A stretch of 64,000 nt of DNA from Scyliorhinus canicula (GCF_902713615.1 NC_052157.1:61468146-61532145), one strand, 5' to 3'. Positions 24,743 to 38,078 are shown, numbered from the stretch's first letter. A program made the numbers and translations. Notes: generated by a model not told the origin, from the sequence alone.

Positions 24743-26305
24743 CTTTGTCAACTGCCCCAGCAGCCTCGGACACACCCATACCTACCACCACAGCTTCTGA
24801 AGTCAAGATCAGCCTTCTTGAAAGTGAACCCTCGGGAAGCAATGAGTCCTGACGGAGCCCCTGGTCGTGCACTCAGATCCTGTGCGGACCAACTGGCGGG
24901 TGTGTTCGTGGACATCTTGAACTACCCCCTACTCGTTTCCGAGGTTCCCACCAATTTCAAAAAGACCACCATCATGCCGGTCATATCATGCCAAAGAATC
25001 AGGCAATGTGCGTCAAATACTACTGTCCGGTGACCTTGACATCTCTCATTATGAAGTGCTTTGAGAGGTTGATCATGAGATGCACCAATTTCATACTCCA
25101 CAGCAGACGCCATCTCCCTGGCCCTACACTCATCCCTGGAGCATCTCGACAACAAGGACTCCTACGTCAGACTACTATTCATTAACTACAACTCCGCCTT
25201 CAACTCCATAATCACAGCCATTTCAAACCTCCAAAACCTATTTGGCTCCTCCCTCTGCAACTGGATCTTCAACTCCCTGACTCATAGACCGCAATCAGTA
25301 AGGATAAACAGCAACACTTCCTCCATGATACTCCTCAATACCAGGGCCCCGCAAAGCTGCATAATTAGCCCTCTACTCGCTATGCACACCAGAGTGTGGC
25401 AAAATGTAGCTCGAAATCCATCTGCAAGTTTGCTGATAGCACGTAGTGGGTGAGATCTCGAACAATGATGAATCAGGGTACAAGAGGGAGATAGAGAGCC
25501 TAGTGGCGTGGTGTAACGACAACAATCTCTCCCTCAATGTCAGCAAAACTAAGGAGCTGGTCATTGACTTCAGGAAGCAAAGTATCGTGCACACCCCTGT
25601 CTGCATCAATGGTGCCGAGGTGGAGATGGTTTACAGCTCCAAATGCCTGTGTGCACATCACCAACAATCTGTCCTGCTCCATCAACATCAATGCTATGAC
25701 CAAGAAAGCACAACCGTGCCTATACTTCCTCAGGAAACTAAGGAAATTTTGCATGTCCACATTGACACTTGCCAATTTTTACAGATGCACCATTGGGAGC
25801 ATCCTATCTGGCTGGATCACAGACTGGTATGGCCTGCTCGGCCCAAGACCGTAAGAAAGTATAGAGGGTCGTGAACACAGACCAGTCCATCACGCTGACC
25901 CGCCTCCTATCTATTGACTCTGTCCCTTGGGAAAGCGGACAGAATATTCAAAGACCTCTCCCACCCGGGGTTATTCTCTCTTCCAGACACTTCCATCGGG
26001 CAGGAGATACAAAGTCTGAGAATACGCACAACAGATTCAAAAACAGCTCCTTCCCCGCTGTTACCAGACTCCTGAATGACCCTCTTATGGACTGAACTGA
26101 TCTCGTCATACATCTTCTTCACTAAGTAATGCTACATTCCGCATGCTTGACCTGTTGCCTGTGTCTATATATTTACATTGTGTATTTATGTATGTCCTAT
26201 GTTTTTTCATGGATGGAATGATCTGTCTGGACTGTACACAGATCAATACTTTTCACAATACCTCAGTACACGTGATAATAAATCACATCAAATAAATCAA
26301 ATCAA
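24743..26305 (+). mobile_element. 5'-truncated Rex1/Babar-like LINE inserted inside the Siglec exon
   Basis: KVNPREA..PDG..CADQLAGVF, CFERL, NLSLNVSKTKEL..DFRK; tail ending in AATAAATCAAATCAA. Confidence 0.85.
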
Positions 26306-26351
26306 GCGTTAATCATATCAAGAGAAGTAATTGAAAGATTCCGTGGTGAGT
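26306..26351 (-). pseudogene. Siglec-like C2-set exon (second C2), 5' part
   Basis: Reads SPRNLSITSLDMINA and joins in frame to 24740 (46+236=282 nt). The acceptor reads ttttgaa rather than AG. Confidence 0.75.
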
Positions 26352-26454
26352 TTCAAAACAAATAAAGATAGGTTTACTTAAATTAGCTGTAAAGCACTTT
26401 GGGCGATGTCGAAAACATGAAAGGTGATATCACGAAATCCAGGCAGATACATCA

Positions 26455-27365
26455 GTTGAGTGTTGAGGGTGCAATGCAGTCGGAAGGTCAATACTGAGGG
26501 AGTTATCTGCAATGTTGGAGAGTCAGTACTCAGAGAGCAATAAACAGTCAAAGGGTCAGCACTGAGGGAGTGCTGCACTGTCGGAGGGGCAATTTGAAGG
26601 AGTTCTGTACAATTGGGAGGGCCAATACTGAGGGAGTGCTGCACTGTCGGAGGTCAGTACTGAGGGAGTGCTGCACTGTTGGAGGTCAGTACTGAGGGAG
26701 GGCTGCACTGTTGGAGGTCAGTACTGAGGGAGGGCTGCACTGTCAGAGGGTCAGTACTGAGGGAGAGCTGCACTGTCAGAGGGTCAGTACTGAGGGAGTG
26801 CTGCATTGTCAGAGGGTCAGTACTGAGGGAGTGCTGCGCTGTTGGAGGTCAGTACTGAGGGAGTGCTACACTGTCAGAGTGTCAATAATAATGGAACGCT
26901 GCATTGTCAGAGGGTCAGTACTGAGGGAATGCTGCACTGTCTGGAGGGTCAGTACTGAGGGAGTGCTGCACAGTCAGACTGTCAGTACAGAGGGAGTGCT
27001 GCACTGTCCAAGGGTCAGTACTGAGGGAGTGCTGCACTGTCGGGAGGGTCAGTACTGAGGGAGTGCTGCACAGTCAGAGGGCCAATAATAAGGCAACTCT
27101 GCACAGTTGGACAGTACTGAGGGAGTACTGAACTGTCGCAGGGTCAGTTCTGAGGTTGCATGGCACTGTCGGAGGGTCAGTGCTGAGGAAAGCTGCAATG
27201 TTGGAGCCTCAGTATTGATCGAGTGCTGCCCTTTAGTGGGTTCGTAATCAGTGAGTGTTGCACTGCTAGAAGATCAATGCAGAGGGAGCGCTGCACTGTC
27301 GGATGGTCAGCACTAAGGGAGAGCTGCACGATCGGAGAGTTAGCACTGAGCGGGTGCTAAACTGT
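26455..27365 (+). repeat. Minisatellite, ~35-bp unit GGGTCAGTACTGAGGGAGTGCTGCACTGTCGGAG, about 25 copies
   Basis: Directly visible; more homogeneous in the centre and degenerate at the edges. Confidence 0.92.
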
Positions 27366-27480
27366 TATAGAACATAGAACATAGAACAGTACAGCACAGA
27401 ACAGGCCCTTCGGCCCTCGATGTTGTGCCGAGTAATGATCACCCTACTCAAGTCAACGTATCCACCCTATACCAGTAACC
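27366..27480 (-). mobile_element. CR1 3' tail fragment
   Basis: (ATAGAAC)n followed by AGGCCCTTCGGCCC. Confidence 0.7.
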
Positions 27481-28127
27481 CAACAACCCCCCCCCCATTA
27501 TATATCTAAATAGATATGCTATCTCTTAATAATATATTTATATTAATAACCCTTTACATTACATTTCCCCCCAAATCTCTGACATCCATACAGACATAAT
27601 TTACATTATCTTCTTTCATCTAATGTGTTAAACCTTGGTCTCCTCTGCCCTGTATTACGATCCCAGACCAGACCCCAACAGCAGCTCAGATTCTGGACAG
27701 AAACACCAATATTTTATTTCAATTTTGTAAGTCTGTGATTTCATGAAAAATGGGGATATGGAGATTAGAACAAACTTTATTACTAACATAGCATTAAAAT
27801 ATCTTTAACATGATGCAAGAAAATAACTTACAATTACCCCTCAAGCAATGCGAATCAATGCAGTGAATAAAATACCTCTTAATTACTCTCACTAAAACAA
27901 CAAAAAAAGGACCCATCTCAGCTCACTTTGTAAGTCAAAAAAAAATGTTTATTGAAAAAATGTCATATTAAACAAAACCATCCAAACAATTAATCGAAAG
28001 TATACAACAGAAGATATGCTGATATGCCTTGATCAGATCCACTCTCATCTCTCTAAACTCCAGCAAGTATAAACCCAAATGGTTTAATCTCTCCCCATCC
28101 ATCAAGCCCTTCATCCCTGGAATCAAT

Positions 28128-28470
28128 ATGGTGGTGGTGTAGTGGTATTGTCACTGGCTAGCAATCCAGAGACCAAGAGTACTGTTCTGGGGTCCTAGGT
28201 TCAAATCCCACCACTGCAGATGGTGCAATTTGAATTCAATAAAAATTTAGTATTAAAAGTCTTATGATGCACATGAAACCATTGTCGATTCTCATAAAAA
28301 CCTATCTGGTTCACTAATGTCCTTTAGGGAAGGAAGCCATCCTTACCTGGTCTGGCCTATATGTGACTCCAGAACCACAGCAAAATGATTGACTCTTAAC
28401 TGCTCCTCAAGGGGAAGTAGGGATGGGCAATAAATGTTGTTGCAGCCTGCGGCACCCACGTACCATGAAT
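28128..28470 (+). mobile_element. DeuSINE (SacSINE1-like)
   Basis: tRNA-like head (GGTGTAGTGG, GGTTCAAATCCC) and a Deu-domain-like block CTGGTTCACTAATGTCCTTTAGGGAAGGAA...CCTTACCTGGTCTGGCCTA..TGTGACTCCAGA, matched from memory of the consensus. Confidence 0.75.
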
Positions 28471-28890
28471 GCTGGAGTTTAGAGAGATGAGAGGGGATCT
28501 GATCAAGGCATATCAATATTAAAAGGGCTGATAAAGTAAATGTAGCCCAAATGTTCCCCCTTGTGGGGCAATCTAGAACAATAGGTCACAGATATATGTT
28601 GAGAGGCGGTAGATTTAAAATTGAGATGAGGAGGCACTGCTTCTCGCAGGGAGAGGTGAATTTGTGGAACTCGCTGTCCTATAGTGCGGTGGAGTCTGAA
28701 TCATGAAACGTTTCAAGAGGGAGGTAGATATATTTCTGATTTTTTTAAATGGGTTAAAGGGATATGGAGAACAGGAACTGGCTTTGAGACCAGGAAGAGA
28801 TCAGCCATGATCTGATGAAAGGGTGGAGCAGGCTCGAAGGGCTGAATTGCCTACTTCTGATCCTAACTCCTTTGTTCCCATGTTCCTGTC
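28470..28890 (+). mobile_element. CR1 3' fragment
   Basis: LEFREMRGDLI-like translation; tail CCTACTTCTGATCCTAA. Confidence 0.75.
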
Positions 28891-28894
28891 CTTA

Positions 28895-30050
28895 ACTCAC
28901 TCAATGGAGCTGACTCAGCTGAGAGGATATGGCCATATATGTCCGAAATAGTCCCCTCCCATCAGACCCGACCAAAGACAAAATCCTCTTCAACAGGGAA
29001 GAGAGTGGTGCCAAGAGAAAGAAGGGGAAAGCCTTGCATGGAACATCAAGGGCTGGATTCTCCGCCGGCGAGATGCTCCGTTTTGCCGGCACCCCGGGGG
29101 GTTCCCGATGGCGTGGGGCTGCCCCACAAAAAACCCCATTGACCAGTTGGCAAAAACGGAGCATCCCGCGGCGGGGTGAAACAGAAATGTGGCGGGGCGG
29201 AGAATCCAGCCCCACAAATCTGAAAATACCTGAAAAGGTTGGAGCCAGGCAGCTGGAACTTCTCCGCCAATTCCTTAAAACTAACAAACCACCCCTCCTT
29301 GAACAGGTCTCCAAATCTCTCCAGCCCCTTCCCCTCCCATGATTTAAATGTTGAGTCCAAACCCAGTGGCAGAAATAGGTGGTTGTTACAGATTGGGGCC
29401 AGCGAACCAGGATCCATATGGAACCAGGATCACTGAACCACAACAATATCTTCTGAATGTTGGCTGCCCAACAGTAAAACAAGAAATTGGGTGGGGCCAG
29501 GCCTCCTGAGAGTCTGTCTCTTTGGAGCAAAGGCCTATGGACCCTTGGAGTCTTACCCTCCCTAATAAAGGAGGACATTAATTTGTCGACTTAACAAAAA
29601 ATGACTTGAGAAGAAAAATGCGGACACATTGAAAAATAAATAAAATCTCGGGAACCTTACCCACCAAGGGTAAGAAAGGTTATCCCACCTCTGCAAGTCT
29701 GGCTTGATACTGTCAACCAGACTAATGTAATTTAATTTATGAAGCAAGGCCCAATTGTGGGCCATCCGGATCCCCAGATGACATAAGCTAGCCTTGGCAA
29801 GGTGAAAGGGTAACATCCCGAGCTGGACTCTCCTCCCCAGGGAGGGTTGACCAGGAAACATTCAATCTTGTCCAAGTTCAACTTGTAACCAGAGAAGGAG
29901 CCAAACATACTGAGCAGTTTCATTATCTCGTCCATGGAAGGTCCTGCGTCCGTAATATAGAGAAGTAAATCATCTGCATAAAGGGACACCCGATGCTCCA
30001 TCCTTTCCTAATTTATCCCACTCTACTTAATAGAGGACCTCAGTACTATA
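28895..30050 (-). mobile_element. L1/Tx1-like ORF2 fragment
   Basis: RVSLYADDLLL, SGYKLNLDK, GGLAPPNF. Confidence 0.8.
29050..29213. mobile_element. Short GC-rich MITE
   Basis: GGGCTGGATTCTCC ... GGAGAATCCAGCCC inverted ends. Confidence 0.8.
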
Positions 30051-30250
30051 GCGAGCTTTCAAACAGCAGTTGAAGCTCTATGTTTCAGCCCTTGGCCTGC
30101 AGGCACAACTTGACGAGAGGCGCATTGCGTTGCTGCTAAAGGTGGCAGGTCCACAAGCAATCTAAATCTACAATACATTTGTTTTTGATAGCGAAGAGGA
30201 AAGCTAGATATACGATCAAGTGATAGCGTACTTGCATCATTGCAAGGACA
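30050..30250 (+). mobile_element. Gypsy gag fragment
   Basis: FKQQLKLYVSALGLQAQLDERRIALLLKVAGPQA, related to the gag starts at 41459 (-) and 55266 (+). Confidence 0.7.
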
Positions 30251-30259
30251 ACACAACAG

Positions 30260-33200
30260 AGCACAGCACCCTTCACATTTGTCGTCAACCTCCGGGAAGA
30301 ACCTGCTCATTCAGGTTCTTGTCAGATGTTCCCTGTGCACCACCTTCAGCTGCATTAATCTTGCGCAGGAGGAGGTGGAGTTGTCCCTACACAGTACCTC
30401 ACTCCAGAGTCCCCACCCTATTTCCGTCCCCAGCTCTCCCTCCCATTTGTCCTGAGTTTTGGCCAGTGGGGAACGTGTCCTTTCTAGACGTCCATACAGG
30501 TCCCCTCAGTTTCCCCTCCCCAGACTGTCCGGGTCCAGTAAATTCGTGAATTGTGCTTCTTGGGATTCATGGGTATGTAGTTGTCTCCTTGTGGAGAAAG
30601 TTTTGGACCTGTAGATTTGGAGTTTGTTCCTGTTTGGTAGGCCCAGTCCCTCCATCAGCTTCTCTGAGGTCGCTAATCTGTCACCCGTGTACCAGTCCCT
30701 AACCTTCAGTATCCTCCATCCTGTCTTTACCTCTTGAAGGTTGCGTCTAGCATGGCTGGTGCAAACCTATGGTTGCCACAGATGGAGGCCAAAATGGACA
30801 TATCGGTCAGACCAAAATGTCTCATCTGGTTCCAAGCTCTCAGAGTCGCTGCCACCACTGGGCTTGTTGAGTGTTTTGCTGGCAGGGATGGGAGCGCTGC
30901 TGTGGCGAGGGCTCCTCCATCCTCACCCATTCCATGTTTGGGTCCTTTATCCATCCCCTCACTCTTTCCACAGTGGCAGCCCAGTGGTAGTATTGCAAGT
31001 TCGGGAGGGCCAGGCCTCCCATGTTTCTTCTCATTTGGAGCACTGTGGAGTCCAAAACCGGTGGCAAAAATGGGTGATTGTTTCAGATTGGTGCTAGCGA
31101 AGACACGGAACAGAGCTTGAAATGCTGCCTGAACTGCTCCCAAATTCTCAGGATGGAGACCACCTCTGGATTAATGGAAAATTTCACCAGAGAGAAAGGC
31201 AACGATACAGTATCTATTGCACAAGGCCAGAAACAGCGCAGGATCTGGTTTCCATTTGTCCCCATATGGAACCAGGATCACTGAACCACAACAATATCTT
31301 CTAAATGTTGGCTACCCAACAGCACTGGGGATTCTTGGATTCTTCCCCCCCCCCCCCCCCCCCCCCCACCCCCCTCCAACGCAAAAACCATAATTATCTT
31401 ATCTACAAGACCTTGGGAAGGTAGATCAGTATGAATCTAAACAGGAAGAGGAACCTTTGCAGTACGTTCCTCTTCATTGTCTGCACCCTTCCTGCCAGGG
31501 AAAGCAGGAATGTATCCCATCCATGTAGGTCCTGTTTAACTTCCTCCGCCAGACTGGTCAGGTTCCACTTGAGGATCTGTGTCCAGTCGTGGGCTATCTG
31601 GATCCCCAGGGAGCAGAATTTGATTTGGGCTATTTTAAATGGTAGTCCCTGATCTCCATGATTTACTTCATGCCATTTTGCAGGTCCCAGATTTAGAGGA
31701 GCAGGTCATCCACATGGAACGAGACTCTGTGCTCTCTGTCCACCCTTAAGATTCCCTTCCGCTCTCAGGGCGATCGCCAGCAGTAGATTTGCCAGGGCAA
31801 TCAGGAGCAGGCGACAGCGAGCAGCCATTCCTTGTGTCTCTGTGTAGCTGGAAGTAATCAGAGTGGTGGCGTAGGTCCGCATACTCATCTTGGGGCTGTT
31901 TTATAGGAGTTTCACCCATGAGGTGAACCCTGTCCTTAGCCCAAACCGCTCCAGTACCTCAATGCGGTATTTCCCCTCGACCCTGACGAGGATCTTTTCT
32001 GCATTCAGGGAAACGATCACCTCTGGTGTTCTCCCCCAATATGGGGGTCATTATCACATTCAGCAGGCACCTGATGTTCACAGTTAGCTGTCTACCCTTA
32101 ACAAGTCAGTCTGGCCTGTCTGCAACCACCTCTGGTACACAGTTCTCCAGCCGCTTGGCCAGGACTTTTCCAAGTATTTCTGCCCCCATTTTCAGCAGAA
32201 AAATGGGTCTGTATGATCCGCATTCCATTGGCTATTTGTCCTTTTTGGGGATCAGCGATATGATGGCCTGTGTTCATGTTGGAGTCAGGGTGCCCCTCGC
32301 TAGCGAGTCTGCGAACGTTTCCTGAAGGTGTGGCGCCAGTGCCATCACAAATATTTTGTAGAAGCCTGCCAAGAACCCGTCGGGTCCCAGTGCCTTTCCA
32401 TGACCTCTCCCAGTCCAAATGCTCCTTCCTGCTCCCTCACGACTGACATGCCCAGTCCATCGAGGAACCGTTTAGTCCCCAAGTCTCCCGTCGGGGGGTT
32501 CAGAGGTGAACACACCCCGGTAGAAGGCCTCGAATGCTTTGTTGACCTTTTTTGGTTCAGCTACCAGTCCGCCTCTGTTATCCTTTACCTGGGCTATGTC
32601 CCTTGTGGCTGCCTGCTTTCTCAGCTGATGAGCCAGCAGATGGCCAGCCTTGTCTCCATGCTCGTAAAAGGTCCCCCGTGTCTGGCGGAGTTGGTACTCT
32701 GTTTTCCTGGTGGATAGCAGGTTAAATCCATCGCCAGCTTTTTCCTCTTTGACAGCAGCTCTATGGTCAGGGCCTCGGAGTACCATCTTGTTCCATGTTT
32801 CCGTTATCGACCTGCTGAAGCCAGTCTAGACCCCTTCCCCACCCCCCTCCATTCTGTTCTCCCTTTTGGTTCCTCCTTCTGAACCCCCTCTTCTGTCTAG
32901 CCCCTGCCTTCCTCCCCCTATCGCTGTATTCCCTCCCACCCCCCCCCCCCCCCGCCAGATTCTTTCTCCCCAGTGGGAGATGCGCCATTGCCCCCCTCTC
33001 CCTCATACTCCCTCGGCGCTAGCTTTCCCACTAGTGTGGTGGCCCCCTCCCAGGGTCGATTTGACCCCCTCCTACACTCACTCTGCTCGTGTCCCTACTG
33101 CCTTCTCTATACCCTCTCCTGCTCTCTGCTGTCCTCACCCCCTCCTTCCTATGAGCTGGTTTCCCTGTCCATAGTGAGATGATGCAGTCCCGTGCAAAAT

Positions 33201-34330
33201 TGTCCATTTCTTCCTTTCGACTTCTCAGTGCCAGCCTCACAGCTGCCTCTCTTGCTGCCTGTCCAGACCATTCATATGGCCCAACTCATCCGCCTCTGCC
33301 GAAGCAGTAAAATAATGCTCTTTGTCCTGATAGGTTATCCAGAGCCTGGCTGGGAACAACATCCCGAATCTGACCTTGCTCTTGTACAGGGCTGACTTTG
33401 CGAGGTTAAATTGAGCCCTGCGCTTTGCCAGGTCCGCCCCAATGTACTGGTAAACTATTATTTCATGCCCCTCCCAGTTGCATGCCTTCGTCTGTTGAGC
33501 CCAGCGAAGGATTCTTTCTTAGTGCTGATATTTGTGCAGCCTGGGCTTTGGTCGGAGCGACCTGTGAGCCCTGTCGATCTCCGGCGGTTTGGGAAAGCTG
33601 TCCGTCTCATCTAGGTTGCCCAGCCAAGGTGTCCCTTCCAACGAGGTTGCCCAGCCTTTGGGCCACGTCGTCAATTGTGTCTCAGCCTTCGATCCTCTCT
33701 GGCAGGCCCACTATCCGACTGTTCTGCCTCCTCGACCGATTCTCCTGGTTCTCGATCTTCCCTTTCAGGCTCCCCGGGACAGCACCAACCTGTTGATCTC
33801 GGCCTCCAGGGCGACGATTCTGTCGCCCTGATATGTCAACACCTTTTTCAGCTCCCGAATCATGCTCCCCTGGGCTTCCAGTTTCTTCCCCATGTCGTTG
33901 AGCGCCATCTGCATGGCGGCTAGCATCTCCGCGACCTTACCTTTATCTCAGCCTTAATGTCACCTTTCATTGTTTACAGTTTCTTGGTTAGGAACATTCT
34001 CCATCCATCTACTGGCCAAGTTGGGGGGGGGAGCTTTTTATCCAAGTCGCTGGTCTCCCTCTCTTAGGGGAGGCTGGGGACCCCTCAACTTGTGGATCCG
34101 CTAACCCATTTGCCCTCCACTCCTGACCCTTGCTGTAATTTCTGATGTCCCTGCAGCCTCCAGAGCTGCTGATTCCTGGTGAGGGTGAGGGGATGTTTAA
34201 GTTATTTTGCGGGCTAATTTTTGCCAAAAGTACCTATTTTTCTGTCATATGGAGGAGAACCACCTGATGTGTGATTACTCAGCACATTCCCATCACCGGA
34301 AGTCCTCTTAAGTGGACCAATTAACGTTGT
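30260..34330 (-). mobile_element. L1/Tx1-like LINE (ORF1 and ORF2 remnants, internal deletions)
   Basis: CAQGTSD/NLNEQV Cys-domain region, GGLALPNL, GTRLCPL, GKALGPDG..AGFYK, YEHGDKAG; ORF1 remnant at 33400-33930. Confidence 0.8.
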
Positions 34331-34389
34331 ATTGTATTGCTGGCCTTGCCCGGCCGAGCGCAGGAAGCTTGCGGTAGTTTCTGCTGGCG

Positions 34390-36350
34390 ACCACACTTAG
34401 AAATCTTTCTGGAGAATCGAGTCTTTCAGGTGAGCAAATTCTCTCGATCTTTTCACTGGGCTATTCAACCCCCTAACGTTTGGTGACCAAACAAATTGTG
34501 GGTCTACCACCCCCCACCCCCAATTCAGAGTTAGCCATTTCCACCAAGCGAGAGTGCCCAAAAGATATGTAAAACATACAGCCACAGGCCCATCCAAGAT
34601 GGCCACCCAACCGAATCTGAAGACTTAACAAAGAAAAATCTGCAGGCACAATCAGCAAATTACCCCCATCCCCTACCCCCATGTTATCACCCTTGAATAC
34701 TACCACACCCAACTACACATACAAATACAGGCAAGACAAACACAAACAACTAAAATCTATTTCTAGCAAACCTAAGCAAAATAAGAACTCTTTAGCTCAT
34801 GAAATGAAAACTACTATAGTGAGGGGCAACCAATCCTTCAAACCCATTCCCACTTGCTCATTCTTAGGTTAGCAGGGGGGCTCCCAACTACAGTTTAGAA
34901 AAATGGTTACAAACAGCAAAATACTAAAACCTCAGAAACCATTGCATTCTGAAAGGGAGCTATAATCATAACATTCAGAACAGAACCCCACGTAGAACTA
35001 AACCCCAAATCTAAACCCAAACTGTAAAACTTCAACCCCAACAAGAATAGTAAAATACAAGAACAAACCCCGACAATGCAACAATTCAACATGCCCGCCA
35101 CCAACACACAAAAAACTCAATCACACCGCGCCCAACACATGTTTCTTAACAAAGGAGTCTGCCTCTCATGGTGATGGGTGGCATGGTATCACAGTGGTTA
35201 GCACTGTTGCTTCACAGCTCCAGGGTCCCAGGTTCGATTCCCGGCTTGGGTCACTGTCCGTGCGGAGTCTGCACGTTCTCCCAGTGTCTGCGTGGGTTTC
35301 CTCCGGGTTCTCCGGTTTCCTCCCACAAGTCCTGAAAGATGCGCTGTTAGGTAATTTGTACGTTCTGAATTCTCCCTCTGTGTACCCAAACAGGCGCCGT
35401 GTGGTGACTTGGGGCTTTTCACAGTAACTTAATTGCAGTGATAATGTAAACCTACTTGTGACAATAAAGATTATTCTGTTCAAATAAATGGGAAGTCACT
35501 CTATGCTGAGCCGGGTAGATCACACTGTACCGTACTCCACTTTTATCCAGGGCGACCATGGCCTTTTTGAACGCAGCCCTCTTCTTCACCAGCTTCACCC
35601 CCACGTCTTGGTAAAACCTGATGGCGTGGCCCTCCCATGTAAAGTTTCAATGCTCCGTCAGCCATCCAGAGCCTGCTCTTCATCTTTGAAGCTATGAAAC
35701 TGTATGGTGGATCCTCACAATGAGGCCTCTGCTGGAGAATACACTGGGCCCGTCCAACTCTAGAGGGGAAGTGATTCCCCTCTCCCACCATCTTACCCAA
35801 CATCTTTGCAAAGTACTCTATGGGCATTGGGCCTTCCATCTAGGGGCAGCACCACAATTTGATTTGCCCCCTGCACCGGTTCTCCAGATCATTCACCTTG
35901 GCCTTCAATAACATCTTCCAGTGAGGAAATCCAATCACTGTGGCTCAAAAAGGCCACATCCATATCTCTAATTGTGGCCCAATGAGCTTCCATGGTTTCA
36001 TTGGTCTTTTCCAGCGCCGCTCGGATGGGGGCCAAGTCCTCCCATTGATTTCCAGTTGTCCTCCGACACACTGCACCAGTGATAACCAAATTCCTTCACC
36101 AAGATACTGGAAGGTACCCATAGAAAGTACCTGGGCCATTATTGGAGTGGCCAGAGCCACAGAAGCTGCCTCATCCATTCCGTTTACGAACCTCTGCTGC
36201 CAACTCTCTTTCCCTTACATTTCTGGGCATTTCAATCATACAGGATCCTAATTCCATTAATTATGTTTGTTTTCAAAAGAAAATACCCCCTGATACTGAG
36301 AGAAAGGGGTAAAATGTGCAGTACTCCAGCAGGAGCCACCTCGTGCACAT
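34390..36350 (-). mobile_element. Second L1/Tx1-like 5' fragment (ORF1, spacer, EN start)
   Basis: NVRGLNSPVKRSREFAHLK; ORF1-like EGPMPIEYFAKML and LEDVIEGQ. Confidence 0.7.
35176..35475 (+). mobile_element. V-SINE, (ATT)n-tail subfamily
   Basis: Head, V-core, tail CTACTTGTGACAATAAAGATTATT. Confidence 0.88.
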
Positions 36351-36458
36351 CTGCCCCGACATTACACCACCAGAAGTCCATCTCAGCTCTCAATCCACTT
36401 TAAATACCATTAGCACTCAGGAATACCTGTTTTACAGAGATGTTTGGATATTTTATAT

Positions 36459-36999
36459 TGTGAAAGAAAGATCGTTTGACACTGCTTTAAAGAAAAGATC
36501 TGACTCCTGTCAGCACCATGCAGAAACTTTGGCTGTATTTCCTCAGTTGTTGCACCTCACGTTGTTCTCATACAAGTCTCAACTGCTTGGAAAGGCTGTT
36601 AATCAGCCTGCAAACATATCTTTAACTGAACTGCGGTGAGGGTAAACTGCTTGACTTCTGCTCACAGCTCCATCTAACTCACAACTGAACTGCTTAACTG
36701 AACTGCTTTTTCTGAAAAATGCCTGATACCTTAGCTCCACCCAGTAAATACATCACCCTACCAAGCTGAACTCTAACTAATTCCAGAAACCCCCTTAATC
36801 CCCCAAACAAAACTGTGTTACCCAAGCTTTTTATGTTGCCTAATTGTACTCCTCGCTTCCAAAACTACTTCCCCTTTGAACCAGGATTTCTTTTGAAAAC
36901 ATGACTGCAGCAGTCACACACACTCTAACCCAAACTTTTAACCATTACTGCACCAAATACCTATAGTACAATATATCTGAAACCCCGACATTCATCACA
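36459..36999. mobile_element. Probable solo LTR
   Basis: TG...CA ends and a shared AGCTCCACCCA motif with the LTR at 12536-13191; no TSD found. Confidence 0.4.
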
Positions 37000-37166
37000 C
37001 CTGTCAGGTGGGAATAAACAGTCCCAAGACACTGTAAGAGAAAGACCTCAATAGTACTCAATGACAAAGGGTAGTTTTTTGTTCAGCACAGGGGTGTTTG
37101 TGGGATCTTGCTGTGCAAAATCTGAACTATTACACCAAATGTAGAATGAAAGATGTCCGTACTTAC

Positions 37167-37460
37167 ATGTCACATTTAATACGAGGGTCCGCTCCGATGA
37201 AACAGATGGGTATCTCAGTCTACAGGTGAGATTTTGTCCGTGGTGTCTGAGTGATGGGGTCAGGCTGAGAACAGAAGTATAGGTCAGAGTGACGCCATGC
37301 TGAGTTACTGTGTTTGAGACTGATCCAGGTACGTCAGTGAGAGTGTCCCAGGTTAAGACAGGTGCTGTTCCATTGCATGTTGTGTTGAAGGTGCAGCTTA
37401 TGTCCACACTTTTTCCTTCAATAATTTCAACAGGGAAAATCGTGGGTTTATCTGTGAAAT
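37167..37460 (-). CDS. Siglec-like C2-set Ig exon (first C2), intact, 294 nt
   Basis: tttgtcag|AT TTC ACA GAT AAA CCC ... GTG ACA T|gtaagt; FTDKPTI..SCTFNTTCNGTAPVLTW..TSVLSLTPSLRHHGQNLTC, including the extra Cys expected for the V-C2 interdomain disulfide. Confidence 0.93.
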
Positions 37461-38078
37461 CTGACAAACACAGAATGGATTATTTTAGATAAATATATAT
37501 ACAGTGAAGCATCAGTTCAAATGGAAATCACAGTCCCACAAGAGAAAGCCCTTTTACAAGGATGATATCAGCACTGAAAGATTATTTCCTACTTTCACAT
37601 CCACTTTCCTTAGGAAAATGTAATTATTTATATTCATTAGATCATTTTTACAGTTCAATATGAAATGCATAAATATTTACATCGTTAAATAATTCAGTGT
37701 CACAAAAGTCTCTCAGGTTTACGTCGCTTGATCTTCAGAGCGGCTGCTGAACTTGTGACGTTATTTTATCTTCCTTTGTCGTTCTGGATGCTGCTTGTTG
37801 TGCTTCCTGTATTGTGTCTGTATCTTGTCGTTGTTGCTTCATATGCTGCACTGTATCTTCTTCAGCTATCTTCAGACTGTCACCTACTCCTTCTGGTGGT
37901 TGCATTACAAAAGGTTGCCGAACTTTCAGCAGAGCTCTTCTGTTCCTTCATCCGTGAAGCTTAGATCATCCAATCCCTTTGGAATCTTCCCGTCTAACTG
38001 TGTCATCTGGCTGCAATGGTTGGAGTCGTTTTGCGGATCTAGCGTAAAACCCCTTTTGCCTCTTTTTTTTGAGAGATC

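Noticed and set aside
26711-27058. Repetitive ORF (RVSTEGVLHC)n resembling a zinc-finger protein
   Set aside because: It is the translation of the minisatellite and lacks C2H2 spacing. The ORFs at 5058-5447 are likewise repeat translations.
30050-30250. Domesticated gag gene
   Set aside because: A short fragment with stops, belonging to the same decayed Gypsy family as 41067-41459 and 55266-55574.
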